DNA of 64,000 nucleotides. It comes from Antedon mediterranea. Taxonomy: Eukaryota; Animalia; Echinodermata. The stretch spans positions 10,042,352-10,106,351 of the forward strand of contig NC_092678.1 of assembly GCF_964355755.1 (NCBI RefSeq). The letters run 5' to 3'. The notes beneath the pieces are model-generated. The model did not search any database. It was not told the origin of the DNA and worked only from the letters and a program-made list of their open reading frames with translations. Below are positions 23,255 through 38,200 of this stretch, piece after piece. Within the stretch, counting starts at the first letter, position 1, and the number at the start of each line of letters is the position of its first letter. The position numbers and the translations under genes were made by a program.

Positions 23255-26200
23255 ACAAAATGGTCTAAAACGTCTCCAAATGCGATTTGAAGCTATTCTG
23301 TACACTTTGATGTTTTGTGTGAAAAAAGTTTTGTCGAAATGCTCAAAATGGTCTAAAACGTTTTTAAAACGATATTAAGCTATTTTGTGCTCTTTGATGT
23401 TTTTGTGTAACCAAGTTTTATCGAAATGAACAAAATGGTCTAAAACGTCTCCAAATGCGATTTGAAGCTTTTCCAAGCACTTTGCTGTTTTTATGTTAAC
23501 AGGTTTTTTCGAAAATCACAAAATGGTCTAAAACGTCTCAAAATGCGATTTGAAGGTATTCTGAGCACTTTGGTGTTTTTGTGTGAAAAGTTTTAACGAA
23601 ATGCTCAAAATTGTCTAAAACGGTTTCTAATGTGATTTTAAGCACTTTGATGTTTTTGTAAAACCAAGTTTCATCGAAATGCACAAAATGGTCTAAAATG
23701 TCTCCAAATGCGATTTGAAGCTTTTCCAAGCACTTTGCTGTTTTTATGTTAACAAGCTTTTTCGAAAATCACAAAAGGGTCTAAAACGTCTCCAAATGTG
23801 ATTTGAAGATATTCTGAGCACTTTGGTATTTTTATGTTAAAAAGTTTTTTCGAAAATCACAAAATGGTCTAAAACGTCTCCAAATGCGATTTGAAGATAT
23901 TCTGAGCACTTTGGTGTTTTTATGTTAAAAAGTTTTTTCGAAAATCACAAAATGGTCTAAAACGTCTCCAAATGCGATTTGAAGCTATTCTGTACACTTT
24001 GATGTTTTGTGTGAAAAAGTTTTGTCGAAATGCTCAAAATGGTTTAAAACGTTTTTAAAACGATATTAAGCTATTTTGTGCTCTTTGATGTTTTTGTATA
24101 ACCAAGTTTCATCGAAATGCACAAAATGGTCTAAAACGTCTCCAAATACGATTTGAAGCTTTTCCAAGCACTTTGCTGTTTTTATGTTAACAAGTTTTTT
24201 CGAAAATCACAAAATTGTCTAAAACGTCTCAAAATGCGATTTGAAGGTATTCTGAGCACTTTGGTGTTTTTGTGTGAAAAGTTTTAACGAAAAGCTCAAA
24301 ATGGTCTAAAACGGTTCTAATGTGATTTTAAGCACTTTGATGTTTTTGTACAACCAAGTTTCATCGAAATGCTCAAAATGGTCTAAAACGTTTTTAAAAC
24401 GATATTAAGCTATTTTGTGCTCTTTGATGTTTTTGTGTAACCAAGTTTTTTTCGAAAATCACAAAATGGTCTAAAACGTCTCCAAATGCGATTTGAAGCT
24501 TTTCTAAGCACTTTGGTGTTTTTATGTTAACAAGTTTTTTCGAAAATCGCAAAATGGTCTAAAACGTCTCAAAATGCGATTTGAAGGTATTCTGAGCACT
24601 TTGGTGTTTTTGTGTGAAAAGTTTTAACGAAATGCTCAAAATGGTCTAAAACGGTTTCTAATGTGATTTTAACCACTTTGATGTTTTTGTGTAACCAAGT
24701 TCTTTTCGAAAATCACAAAATGGTCTAAAACGTCTCCAAATGCGATTTGAAGCTTTTCTAAGCACTTTGGTGTTTTTATGTTAACAAGTTTTTTCGAAAA
24801 TCACAAAATGGTCTAAAACGTCTCAAAATGCGATTTGAAGGTATTCTGAGCACTTTGGTGTTTTTGTGTGAAAAGTTTTAACGAAATGCTCAAAATGGTC
24901 TAAAACGGTTTCTAATGTGATTTTAACCACTTTGATGTTTTTGTGTAACCAAGTTTTTTCGAAAATCACAAAATGGTCTAAAACGTCTCCAAATGCGATT
25001 TGAAGCTTTTCTAAGCACTTTGGTGTTTTTATGTTAACAAGTTTTTTCGAAAATCACAAAATGGTCTAAAACGTCTCCAAATGCGATTTGAAGCTATTCT
25101 GTACACTTTGATGTTTTGTGTGAAAAAAGTTTTGTCGAAATGCTCAAAATGGTCTAAAACGTTTTTAAAACGATATTAAGCTATTTTGTGCTCTTTGATG
25201 TTTTTGTGTAACCAAGTTTTATCGAAATGAACAAAATGTTCTAAAACGTCTCCAAATGCGATTTGAAGCTTTTCCAAGCACTTTGCTGTTTTTATGTTAA
25301 GTTTTTTCGAAAATCACAAATTGGTCTAAAACGTCTCTAAATGCGAGTTGAAGGTATTCTGAGCACTTTGGTGTTTTTGTGTGAAAAGTTTTAACGAAAT
25401 GCTCAAAATTGTCTAAAACGGTTTCTAATGTGATTTTAAGCACTTTGATGTTTTTGTAAAACCAAGTTTCATCGAAATGCACAAAATGGTCTAAAACGTC
25501 TCCAAATGCGATTTGAAGCTTTTCCAAGCACTTTGCTGTTTTTATGTTAACAAGCTTTTTCGAAAATCACAAAATGGTCTAAAACGTCTCCAAATGCGAT
25601 TTGAAGATATTCTGAGCACTTTGGTGTTTTTATGTTAAAAAGTTTTTTCGAAAATCACAAAATGGTCTAAAACGTCTCCAAATGCGATTTGAAGCTCTTC
25701 TGTACACTTTGATGTTTTGTGTGAATAAGTTTTGTCAAAATGCTCAAAATGGTCTAAAACGTTTTTAAAACGATATTAAGCTATTTTGTGCTCTTTGATG
25801 TTTTTGTATAACCAAGTTTTTTCGAAAATCACAAAATTGTCTAAAACGTCTCCAAATGCGATTTGAAGATATTCTGAGCACTTTGGTGTTTTTATGTTAA
25901 AAAGTTTTTTCGAAAATCACAAAATGGTCTAAAACGTCTCCAAATGCGATTTGAAGATATTCTGAGCACTTTGGTGTTTTGTGTGAAAAGTTTTGTCGAA
26001 ATGCTCAAAATGGTCTAAAACGTTTTTAAAACGATATTAAGCTATTTTGTGCTCTTTGATGTTTTTGTGTAACCAAGTTTCATCGAAATGAACAAAATGG
26101 TCTAAAACGTCTCCAAATGCGATTTGAAGCTTTTCTAAGCACTTTGGTGTTTTTATGTTAACAAGTTTTTTCGAAAATCACAAAATGGTCTAAAACGTCT

Positions 26201-28200
26201 CCAAATGCGATTTGAAGATATTCTGAGCACTTTGCTGTTTTTATGTTAACAAGTTTTTTCGAAAATCACAAAATGGTCTAAAACGTCTCAAAATGCTATT
26301 TGAAGGTATTCTGAGCACTTTGGTGTTTTTGTGTGAAAAGTTTTAACGAAATGCTCAAAATGGTCTAAAACGGTTCTAATGTGATTTTAAGCACTTTGAT
26401 GTTTTTGTATAACCAAGTTTCATCGAAATGCTCAAAATGGTCTAAAACGTTTTTAAAACGATATTAAGCTATTTTGTGCTCTTTGATGTTTTTGTGTAAC
26501 GAAGTTTCATCGAAATGAACAAAATGGTCTAAAACGTCTCCAAATGCGATTTGAAGCTTTTCCAAGCACTTTGCTGTTTTTATGTTAACAAGTTTTTTCG
26601 AAAATCACAAAATGGCCTAAAACGTCTCAAAATGCGATTTCAAGGTATTCTGAGCACTTTGGTGTTTTTGTGTGAAAGGTTTTAACGAAATGCTCAAAAT
26701 GGTCTAAAACGGTTTCTAATGTGATTTTAAGCACTTTGATGTTTTTGTATAACCAAGTTTCATCGAAATGCACAAAATGGTCTAAAACGTCTCCAAATGC
26801 GATTTGAAGCTTTTCTAAGCACTTTGCTGTTTTTATGTTAAAAAGTTTTTTCGAAAATCACAAAATGGTCTAAAACGTCTCCAAATGCGATTTGAAGATA
26901 TTCTGAGCACTTTGGTGTTTTTATGTTAAAAAGTTTTTTCGAAAATCACAAAATGGTCTAAAACGTCTCCAAATGCGATTTGAAGATATTCTGAGCACTT
27001 TGGTGTTTTTATGTTAAAAAGTTTTTTCGAAAATCACAAAATGGTCTAAAACGTCTCCAAATGCGATTTGAAGCTATTCTGTACACTTTGATGTTTTGTG
27101 TGAAAAAGTTTTGTCGAAATGCTCAAAATGGTCTAAAACGTTTTTAAAACGATATTAAGCTATTTTGTGCTCTTTGATGTTTTTGTGTAACCAAGTTTTA
27201 TCGAAATGAACAAAATGGTCTAAAACGTCTCCAAATGCGATTTGAAGCTTTTCTAAGCACTTTGCTGTTTTTATGTTAACAAGTTTTTTCGAAAATCACA
27301 AAATGGTCTAAAACGTCTCCAAATGGGATTTGAAGCTTTTCTAAGCACTTTGGTGTTTTTATGTTAACAAGTTTTTTCGAAAAACACAAAATGGTCTAAA
27401 ACGTCTCCAAATGCGATTTGAAGATATTCTGAGCACTTTGGTGTTTTTATGTTAAAAAGTATTTTCGAAAATCACAAAATGGTCTAAAACGTCTCCAAAT
27501 GCGATTTGAAGCTCTTCTGTACACTTTGATGTTTTGTGTGAAAAAGTTTAGTCGAAATGCTCAAAATGGTCTAAAACGTTTTTAAAACGATATTAAGCTA
27601 TTTTGTGCTCTTTGATGTTTTTGTGTAACCAAGTTTCATCGAAAATCACAAAATGGTCTAAAACGTCTCCAAATGCGATTTGAAGCTTTTCCAAGCACTT
27701 TGCTGTTTTTATGTTAACAAGTTTTTTCGAAAATCACAAAATGGTCTAAAACGTCTCAAAATGCGATTTGAAGGTATTCTGAGCACTTTGGTGTTTTTGT
27801 GTGAAAAGTTTTAACGAAATGCTCAAAATTGTCTAAAACGGTTTCTAATGTGATTTTAAGCACTTTGATGTTTTTGTAAAACCAAGTTTCATCGAAATGA
27901 ACAAAATGGTCTAAAATGTCTCCAAATGCGATTTGAAGCTTTTCCAAGCACTTTGCTGTTTTTATGTTAACAAGCTTTTTCGAAAATCACAAAATGGTCT
28001 AAAACGTCTCCAAATGCGATTTGAAGATATTCTGAGCACTTTGGTGTTTTTATGTTAAAAAGTTTTTTCGAAAATCACAAAATGGTCTAAAACGTCTCCA
28101 AATGCGATTTGAAGATATTCTAAGCACTTTGGTGTTTTTATGTTAACAAGTTTTTTCGAAAATCACAAAATGGTCTAAAACGTCTCCAAATGCGATTTGA
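20630..28200 (+). repeat. Copy of ~5610-13260 (offsets 15022/15023, then 14934)
   Basis: Markers attaagtta 5731/20753, tggtgtaaaa 5881/20903 and gaggactctg 6151/21174 match. Five ORF pairs are offset by 14934 (7851/22785 through 12822/27756). Confidence 0.92.
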
Positions 28201-28317
28201 AGATATTCTAAGCACTTTGGTGTTTTTATGTTAACAAGTTTTTTCGAAAATCACAAAATGGTCTAAAACGTCTCCAAATGCGATTTGAAGATATTCTGAG
28301 CACTTTGGTGTTTTTCT

Positions 28318-31300
28318 GTTAAAAAGTATTTTCGAAAATCACAAAATGGTCTAAAACGTCTCCAAATGCGATTTGAAGCTCTTCTGTACACTTTGATGTT
28401 TTGTGTGAAAAAGTTTAGTCGAAATGCTCAAAATGGTCTAAAACGTTTTTAAAACGATATTAAGCTATTTTGTGCTCTTTGATGTTTTTGTGTAACCAAG
28501 TTTCATCGAAAATCACAAAATGGTCTAAAACGTCTCCAAATGCGATTTGAAGCTTTTCCAAGCACTTTGCTGTTTTTATGTTAACAAGTTTTTTCGAAAA
28601 TCACAAAATGGTCTAAAACGTCTCAAAATACGATATTAAGCTGTTTTGTGCACTTTGATGATTTGTGTGAAAAGTTTTAACGAAATGCTCAAAATGGTCT
28701 AAAATGGTTTCTAATGTGATTTTAAGCACTTTGATGTTTTTATGTAGCCAAGTTTTTTCGAAAATCACAAAATGGTCAAAAACGTCTCCAAATGCGATTT
28801 GAAGCTTTTCTAAGCACTTTGGTGTTTTTATGTTAACAAGTTTTTTCGAAAATCACAAAATGGTCTAAAACGTCTCCAAATGCAATTTGAAGCTATTCTG
28901 TACACTTTGATGTTTTGTGTGAAAAAGTTTTGTCAAAATGCTCAAAATGGTCTAAAACGTTTTTAAAACGATATTAAGCTATTTTGTGCTCTTTGATGTT
29001 TTTGTATAACCAAGTTTTTTCGAAAATCACAAAATGGTCTAAAACGTCTCCAAATGCGATTTGAAGCTTTTCTAAACACTTTGGTGTTTTTATGTTAACA
29101 AGTTTTTTCGAAAATCACAAAATGGTCTAAAACGTCTCCAAATCCGATTTGAAGCTATTCTGTACACTTTGATGTTTTGTGTGAAAAAGTTTTGTCGAAA
29201 TGCTCAAAATGGTCTAAAACGTTTTTAAAACGATATTAAGCTATTTTGTGCTCTTTGATGTTTTTGTGTAACCAAGTTTCATCGATATGAACAAAATGGT
29301 CTAAAACGTCTCAAAATGCGATTTGAAGGTATTCTGAGCACTTTGGTGTTTTTGGGTGAAAAGTTTTAACGAAATGCTCAAAATGGTCTAAAACGGTTTC
29401 TAATGTGATTTTAAGCACTTTGAAGTATTTGTAAAAACAAGTTTCATCGAAATGCACAAAATAGTCTAAAACGTCTTCAAATGCGATTTGAAGCTTTTCT
29501 AAGCACTTTGGTGTTTTTATGTTAACAAGTTTTTTCGAAAATCACAAAATGGTCTAAAACGTCTCCAAATGCGATTTGAAGATATTCTGAGCACTTTGGT
29601 GTTTTTATGTTAAAAAGTATTTTCGAAAATCACAAAATGGTCTAAAACGTCTCCAAATGCGATTTGAAGCTCTTCTGTACACTTTGATGTTTTGTGTGAA
29701 AAAGTTTAGTCGAAATGCTCAAAATGGTCTATAACGTTTTTAAAACGATATTAAGCTATTTTGTGCTCTTTGATGTTTTTGTGTAACCAAGTTTCATCGA
29801 AAATCACAAAATGGTCTAAAACGTCTCCAAATGCGATTTGAAGATATTCTGAGCACTTTGGTGTTTTTATGTTAACAAGTTTTTTCGAAAATCACAAAAT
29901 GGTCTAAAACGTCTCCAAATGCGATTTGAAGATATTCTGAGCACTTTGGTGTTTTTATGTTAAAAAGTTTTTTCGAAAATCACAAAATGGTCTAAAACGT
30001 CTCCAAATGCGATTTGAAGCTATTCTATACACTTTGATGTTTTGTGTTAAAAAGTTTTGTCGAAATGCTCAAAATGGTTTAAAACGTTTTTAAAACGATA
30101 TTAAGCTATTTTGTGCTCTTTGATGTTTTTGTGTAACCAAGTTTCATCGAAATGAACAAAATGGTCTAAAACGTCTCCAAATGCGATTTGAAGCTTTTCC
30201 AAGCACTTTGCTGTTTTTATGTTAACAAGTTTTTTCGAAAATCACAAAATTGTCTAAAACGTCTCAAAATGCGATTTGAAGGTATTCTGAGCACTTTGGT
30301 GTTTTTGTGTGAAAAGTTTTAACGAAAAGCTCAAAATGGTCTAAAACGGTTCTAATGTGATTTTAAGCACTTTGATGTTTTTGTACAACCAAGTTTCATC
30401 GAAATGCTCAAAATGGTCTAAAACGTTTTTAAAACGATATTAAGCTATTTTGTGCTCTTTGATGTTTTTGTGTAACCAAGTTTTTTTCGAAAATCACAAA
30501 ATGGTCTAAAACGTCTCCAAATGCGATTTGAAGCTTTTCTAAGCACTTTGGTGTTTTTATGTTGACAAGTTTTTTCGAAAATCGCAAAATGGTCTAAAAC
30601 GTCTCAAAATGCGATTTGAAGGTATTCTGAGCACTTTGGTGTTTTTGTGTGAAAAGTTTTAACGAAATGCTCAAAATGGTCTAAAACGGTTTCTAATGTG
30701 ATTTTAACCACTTTGATGTTTTTGTGTAACCAAGTTCTTTTCGAAAATCACAAAATGGTCTAAAACGTCTCCAAATGCGATTTGAAGCTTTTCTAAGCAC
30801 TTTGGTGTTTTTATGTTAACAAGTTTTTTCGAAAATCACAAAATGGTCTAAAACGTCTCAAAATGCGATTTGAAGGTATTCTGAGCACTTTGGTGTTTTT
30901 GTGTGAAAAGTTTTAACGAAATGCTCAAAATGGTCTAAAACGGTTTCTAATGTGATTTTAACCACTTTGATGTTTTTGTGTAACCAAGTTTTTTCGAAAA
31001 TCACAAAATGGTCTAAAACGTCTCCAAATGCGATTTGAAGCTTTTCCAAGCACTTTGCTGTTTTTATGTTAACAAGTTTTTTCGAAAATCACAAAATGGT
31101 CTAAAACGTCTCCAAATGCGATTTCAAGGTATTCTGAGCACTTTGGTGTTTTTGTGTGAAAGGTTTTAACGAAATGCTCAAAATGGTCTAAAACGGTTTC
31201 TAATGTGATTTTAAGCACTTTGATGTTTTTGTATAACCAAGTTTCATCGAAATGCACAAAATGGTCTAAAACGTCTCCAAATGCGATTTGAAGCTTTTCT

Positions 31301-34300
31301 AAGCACTTTGCTGTTTTTATGTTAAAAAGTTTTTTCGAAAATCACAAAATGGTCTAAAACGTCTCCAAATGCGATTTGAAGATATTCTGAGCACTTTGGT
31401 GTTTTTATGTTAAAAAGTTTTTTCGAAAATCACAAAATGGTCTAAAACGTCTCCAAATGCGATTTGAAGATATTCTGAGCACTTTGGTGTTTTTATGTTA
31501 AAAAGTTTTTTCGAAAATCACAAAATGGTCTAAAACGTCTCCAAATGCGATTTGAAGCTATTCTGTACACTTTGATGTTTTGTGTGAAAAAGTTTTGTCG
31601 AAATGCTCAAAATGGTCTAAAACGTTTTTAAAACGATATTAAGCTATTTTGTGCTCTTTGATGTTTTTGTGTAACCAAGTTTTATCGAAATGAACAAAAT
31701 GGTCTAAAACGTCTCCAAATGCGATTTGAAGCTTTTCTAAGCACTTTGCTGTTTTTATGTTAACAAGTTTTTTCGAAAATCACAAAATGGTCTAAAACGT
31801 CTCCAAATGCGATTTGAAGATATTCTGAGCACTTTGGTGTTTTTATGTTAAAAAGTTTTTTCGAAAATCACAAAATGGTCTAAAACGTCTCCAAATGCGA
31901 TTTGAAGCTATTCTATACACTTTGATGTTTTGTGTTAAAAAGTTTTGTCGAAAAGCTCAAAATGGTTTAAAACGTTTTTAAAACGATATTAAGCTATTTT
32001 GTGCTCTTTGATGTTTTTGTGTAACCAAGTTTCATCGAAATGCGATTTGAAGCTTTTCCAAGCACTTTGCTGTTTTTATGTTAACAAGCTTTTTCGAAAA
32101 TCACAAAATGGTCTAAAACGTCTCCAAATGCGATTTGAAGATATTCTGAGCACTTTGGTGTTTTTATGTTAAAAAGTTTTTTCGAAAATCACAAAATGGT
32201 CTAAAACGTCTCCAAATGCGATTTGAAGATATTCTAAGCACTTTGGTGTTTTTATGTTAACAAGTTTTTTCGAAAATCACAAAATGGTCTAAAACGTCTC
32301 CAAATGCGATTTGAAGATATTCTGAGCACTTTGGTGTTTTTCTGTTAAAAAGTATTTTCGAAAATCACAAAATGGTCTAAAACGTCTCCAAATGCAATTT
32401 GAAGCTATTCTGTACACTTTGATGTTTTGTGTGAAAAAGTTTTGTCAAAATGCTCAAAATGGTCTAAAACGTTTTTAAAACGATATTAAGCTATTTTGTG
32501 CTCTTTGATGTTTTTGTATAACCAAGTTTTTTCGAAAATCACAAAATGGTCTAAAACGTCTCCAAATGCGATTTGAAGCTTTTCTAAACACTTTGGTGTT
32601 TTTATGTTAACAAGTTTTTTCGAAAATCACAAAATGGTCTAAAACGTCTCCAAATCCGATTTGAAGCTATTCTGTACACTTTGATGTTTTGTGTGAAAAA
32701 GTTTTGTCGAAATGCTCAAAATGGTCTAAAACGTTTTTAAAACGATATTAAGCTATTTTGTGCTCTTTGATGTTTTTGTGTAACCAAGTTTCATCGATAT
32801 GAACAAAATGGTCTAAAACGTCTCAAAATGCGATTTGAAGGTATTCTGAGCACTTTGGTGTTTTTGGGTGAAAAGTTTTAACGAAATGCTCAAAATGGTC
32901 TAAAACGGTTTCTAATGTGATTTTAAGCACTTTGAAGTATTTGTAAAAACAAGTTTCATCGAAATGCACAAAATAGTCTAAAACGTCTCCAAATGCGATT
33001 TGAAGCTTTTCTAAGCACTTTGGTGTTTTTATGTTAACAAGTTTTTTCGAAAATCACAAAATGGTCTAAAACGTCTCCAAATGCGATTTGAAGATATTCT
33101 GAGCACTTTGGTGTTTTTATGTTAAAAAGTATTTTCGAAAATCACAAAATGGTCTAAAACGTCTCCAAATGCGATTTGAAGCTCTTCTGTACACTTTGAT
33201 GTTTTGTGTGAAAAAGTTTAGTCGAAATGCTCAAAATGGTCTAAAACGTTTTTAAAACGATATTAAGCTATTTTGTGCTCTTTGATGTTTTTGTGTAACC
33301 AAGTTTCATCGAAAATCACAAAATGGTCTAAAACGTCTCCAAATGCGATTTGAAGCTTTTCCAAGCACTTTGCTGTTTTTATGTTAACAAGTTTTTTCGA
33401 AAATCACAAAATGGTCTAAAACGTCTCAAAATACGATAATAAGCTGTTTTGTGCACTTTGATGATTTGTGTGAAAAGTTTTAACGAAATGCTCAAAATGG
33501 TCTAAAACGGTTTCTAATGTGATTTTAAGCACTTTGATGTTTTTATGTAGCCAAGTTTTTTCGAAAATCACAAAATGGTCAAAAACGTCTCCAAATGCGA
33601 TTTGAAGCTTTTCTAAGCACTTTGGTGTTTTTATGTTAACAAGTTTTTTCGAAAATCACAAAATGGTCTAAAACGTCTCAAAATGCAATTTGAAGCTATT
33701 CTGTACACTTTGATGTTTTGTGTGAAAAAGTTTTGTCAAAATGCTCAAAATGGTCTAAAACGTTTTTAAAACGATATTAAGCTATTTTGTGCTCTTTGAT
33801 GTTTTTGTATAACCAAGTTTTTTCGAAAATCACAAAATGGTCTAAAACGTCTCCAAATGCGATTTGAAGCTTTTCTAAACACTTTGGTGTTTTTATGTTA
33901 ACAAGTTTTTTCGAAAATCACAAAATGGTCTAAAACGTCTCCAAATCCGATTTGAAGCTATTCTGTACACTTTGATGTTTTGTGTGAAAAAGTTTTGTCG
34001 AAATGCTCAAAATGGTCTAAAACGTTTTTAAAACGATATTAAGCTATTTTGTGCTCTTTGATGTTTTTGTGTAACCAAGTTTCATCGATATGAACAAAAT
34101 GGTCTAAAACGTCTCAAAATGCGATTTGAAGGTATTCTGAGCACTTTGGTGTTTTTGGGTGAAAAGTTTTAACGAAATGCTCAAAATGGTCTAAAACGGT
34201 TTCTAATGTGATTTTAAGCACTTTGAAGTATTTGTAAAAACAAGTTTCATCGAAATGCACAAAATAGTCTAAAACGTCTTCAAATGCGATTTGAAGCTTT

Positions 34301-35283
34301 TCTAAGCACTTTGGTGTTTTTATGTTAACAAGTTTTTTCGAAAATCACAAAATGGTCTAAAACGTCTCCAAATGCGATTTGAAGATATTCTGAGCACTTT
34401 GGTGTTTTTATGTTAAAAAGTATTTTCGAAAATCACAAAATGGTCTAAAACGTCTCCAAATGCGATTTGAAGCTCTTCTGTACACTTTGATGTTTTGTGT
34501 GAAAAAGTTTAGTCGAAATGCTCAAAATGGTCTATAACGTTTTTAAAACGATATTAAGCTATTTTGTGCTCTTTGATGTTTTTGTGTAACCAAGTTTCAT
34601 CGAAAATCACAAAATGGTCTAAAACGTCTCCAAATGCGATTTGAAGATATTCTGAGCACTTTGGTGTTTTTATGTTAACAAGTTTTTTCGAAAATCACAA
34701 AATGGTCTAAAACGTCTCCAAATGCGATTTGAAGATATTTTGAGCACTTTGGTGTTTTTATGTTAAAAAGTTTTTTCGAAAATCACAAAATGGTCTAAAA
34801 CGTCTCCAAATGCGATTTGAAGCTATTCTATACACTTTGATGTTTTGTGTTAAAAAGTTTTGTCGAAATGCTCAAAATGGTTTAAAACGTTTTTAAAACG
34901 ATATTAAGCTATTTTGTGCTCTTTGATGTTTTTGTGTAACCAAGTTTCATCGAAATGAACAAAATGGTCTAAAACGTCTCCAAATGCGATTTGAAGCTTT
35001 TCCAAGCACTTTGCTGTTTTTATGTTAACAAGTTTTTTCGAAAATCACAAAATTGTCTAAAACGTCTCAAAATGCGATTTGAAGGTATTCTGAGCACTTT
35101 GGTGTTTTTGTGTGAAAAGTTTTAACGAAAAGCTCAAAATGGTCTAAAACGGTTCTAATGTGATTTTAAGCACTTTGATGTTTTTGTACAACCAAGTTTC
35201 ATCGAAATGCTCAAAATGGTCTAAAACGTTTTTAAAACGATATTAAGCTATTTTGTGCTCTTTGATGTTTTTGTGTAACCAAG
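28318..35283 (+). repeat. Direct duplication of ~2.2 kb: ~28318-30480 and ~33121-35283 (offset 4803)
   Basis: tatgtagcca 28741/33544 and gggtgaaaag 29354/34157 match; atagtctaaaacgtcttcaa and ggtctataacg are also shared. Confidence 0.88.
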
Positions 35284-38200
35284 TTTTTTCGAAAATCACA
35301 AAATGGTCTAAAACGTCTCCAAATGCGATTTGAAGCTTTTCTAAGCACTTTGGTGTTTTTATGTTAACAAGTTTTTTCGAAAATCACAAAATGGTCTAAA
35401 ACGTCTCCAAATGCGATTTGAAGATATTCTGAGCACTTTGGTGTTTTTCTGTTAAAAAGTATTTTCGAAAATCACAAAATGGTCTAAAACGTCTCCAAAT
35501 GCAATTTGAAGCTATTCTGTACACTTTGATGTTTTGTGTGAAAAAGTTTTGTCAAAATGCTCAAAATGGTCTAAAACGTTTTTAAAACGATATTAAGCTA
35601 TTTTGTGCTCTTTGATGTTTTTGTATAACCAAGTTTTTTCGAAATGAACAAAATGGTCTAAAACGTCTCCAAATGCGATTTGAAGCTTTTCTAAACACTT
35701 TGGTGTTTTTATGTTAACAAGTTTTTTCGAAAATCACAAAATGGTCTAAAACGTCTCCAAATCCGATTTGAAGCTATTCTGTACACTTTGATGTTTTGTG
35801 TGAAAAAGTTTTGTCGAAATGCTCAAAATGGTCTAAAACGTTTTTAAAACGATATTAAGCTATTTTGTGCTCTTTGATGTTTTTGTGTAACCAAGTTTCA
35901 TCGATATGAACAAAATGGTCTAAAACGTCTCAAAATGCGATTTGAAGGTATTCTGAGCACTTTGGTGTTTTTGGGTGAAAAGTTTTAACGAGATGCTCAA
36001 AATGGTCTAAAACGGTTTCTAATGTGATTTTAAGCACTTTGAAGTATTTGTAAAAACAAGTTTCATCGAAATGCACAAAATAGTCTAAAACGTCTCCAAA
36101 TGCGATTTGAAGCTTTTCTAAGCACTTTGGTGTTTTTATGTTAACAAGTTTTTTCGAAAATCACAAAATGGTCTAAAACGTCTCCAAATGCGATTTGAAG
36201 ATATTCTGAGCACTTTGGTGTTTTTATGTTAAAAAGTATTTTCGAAAATCACAAAATGGTCTAAAACGTCTCCAAATGCGATTTGAAGCTCTTCTGTACA
36301 CTTTGATGTTTTGTGTGAAAAAGTTTAGTCGAAATGCTCAAAATGGTCTAAAACGTTTTTAAAACGATATTAAGCTATTTTGTGCTCTTTGATGTTTTTG
36401 TGTAACCAAGTTTCATCGAAATGAACAAAATGGTCTAAAACGTCTCCAAATGCGATTTGAAGCTTTTCTAAGCACTTTGGTGTTTTTATGTTAACAAGTT
36501 TTTTCGAAAATCACAAAATGGTCTAAAACGTCTCCAAATGCGATTTGAAGATATTCTGAGCACTTTGCTGTTTTTATGTTAACAAGTTTTTTCGAAAATC
36601 ACAAAATGGTCTAAAACGTCTCAAAATGCTATTTGAAGGTATTCTGAGCACTTTGGTGTTTTTGTGTGAAAAGTTTTAACGAAATGCTCAAAATGGTCTA
36701 AAACGGTTCTAATGTGATTTTAAACACTTTGATGTTTTGTGTGAAAAAGTTTTGTCAAAATGCTGAAAATGGTCTAAAACGTTTTTAAAACGATATTAAG
36801 CTATTTTGTGCTCTTTGATGTTTTTGTATAACCAAGTTTTTTCGAAAATCACAAAATGGTCTAAAACGTCTCCAAATGCGATTTGAAGATATTCTGAGCA
36901 CTTTGGTGTTTTTATGTTAAAAAGTTTTTTCGAAAATCACAAAATGGTCTAAAACGTCTCCAAATGCGATTTGAAGATATTCTGAGCACTTTGGTGTTTT
37001 TATGTTAAAAAGTTTTTTCGAAAATCACAAAATGGTCTAAAACGTCTCCAAATGCGATTTGAAGCTATTCTATACACTTTGATGTTTTGTGTTAAAAAGT
37101 TTTGTCGAAATGCTCAAAATGGTTTAAAACGTTTTTAAAACGATATTAAGCTATTTTGTGCTCTTTGATGTTTTTGTGTAACCAAGTTTTTTCGAAAATC
37201 ACAAAATGGTCTAAAACGTCTCCAAATGCGATTTGAAGCTTTTCTAAGCACTTTGCTGTTTTTATGTTAACAAGTTTTTTCGAAAATCACAAAATGGTCT
37301 AAAACGTCTCAAAATGCGATTTGAAGGTATTCTGAGCACTTTGGTGTTTTTGTGTGAAAAGTTTTAACGAAATGCTCAAAATGGTCTAAAACGGTTTCTA
37401 ATGTGATTTTAACCACTTTGATGTTTTTGTGTAACCAAGTTCTTTTCGAAAATCACAAAATGGTCTAAAACGTCTCCAAATGCGATTTGAAGCTTTTCTA
37501 AGCACTTTGGTGTTTTTATGTTAACAAGTTTTTTCGAAAATCACAAAATGGTCTAAAACGTCTCAAAATGCGATTTGAAGGTATTCTGAGCACTTTGGTG
37601 TTTTTGTGTGAAAAGTTTTAACGAAATGCTCAAAATGGTCTAAAACGGTTTCTAATGTGATTTTAACCACTTTGATGTTTTTGTGTAACCAAGTTTTTTC
37701 GAAAATCACAAAATGGTCTAAAACGTCTCCAAATGCGATTTGAAGCTTTTCTAAGCACTTTGGTGTTTTTATGTTAACAAGTTTTTTCGAAAATCACAAA
37801 ATGGTCTAAAACGTCTCCAAATGCGATTTGAAGCTATTCTGTACACTTTGATGTTTTGTGTGAAAAGTTTTAACGAAATGCTCAAAATTGTCTAAAACGG
37901 TTTCTAATGTGATTTTAAGCACTTTGATGTTTTTGTAAAACCAAGTTTCATCGAAATGCACAAAATGGTCTAAAACGTCTCCAAATGCGATTTGAAGCTT
38001 TTCCAAGCACTTTGGTGTTTTTATGTTAACAAGGTTTTTCGAAAATCACAAAATGGTCTAAAACGTCTCCAAATGCGATTTGAAGCTTTTCCAAGCACTT
38101 TGCTGTTTTTATGTTAACAAGTTTTTTCGAAAATCACAAAATGGTCTAAAACGTCTCAAAATACGATATTAAGCTGTTTTGTGCACTTTGATGATTTGTG

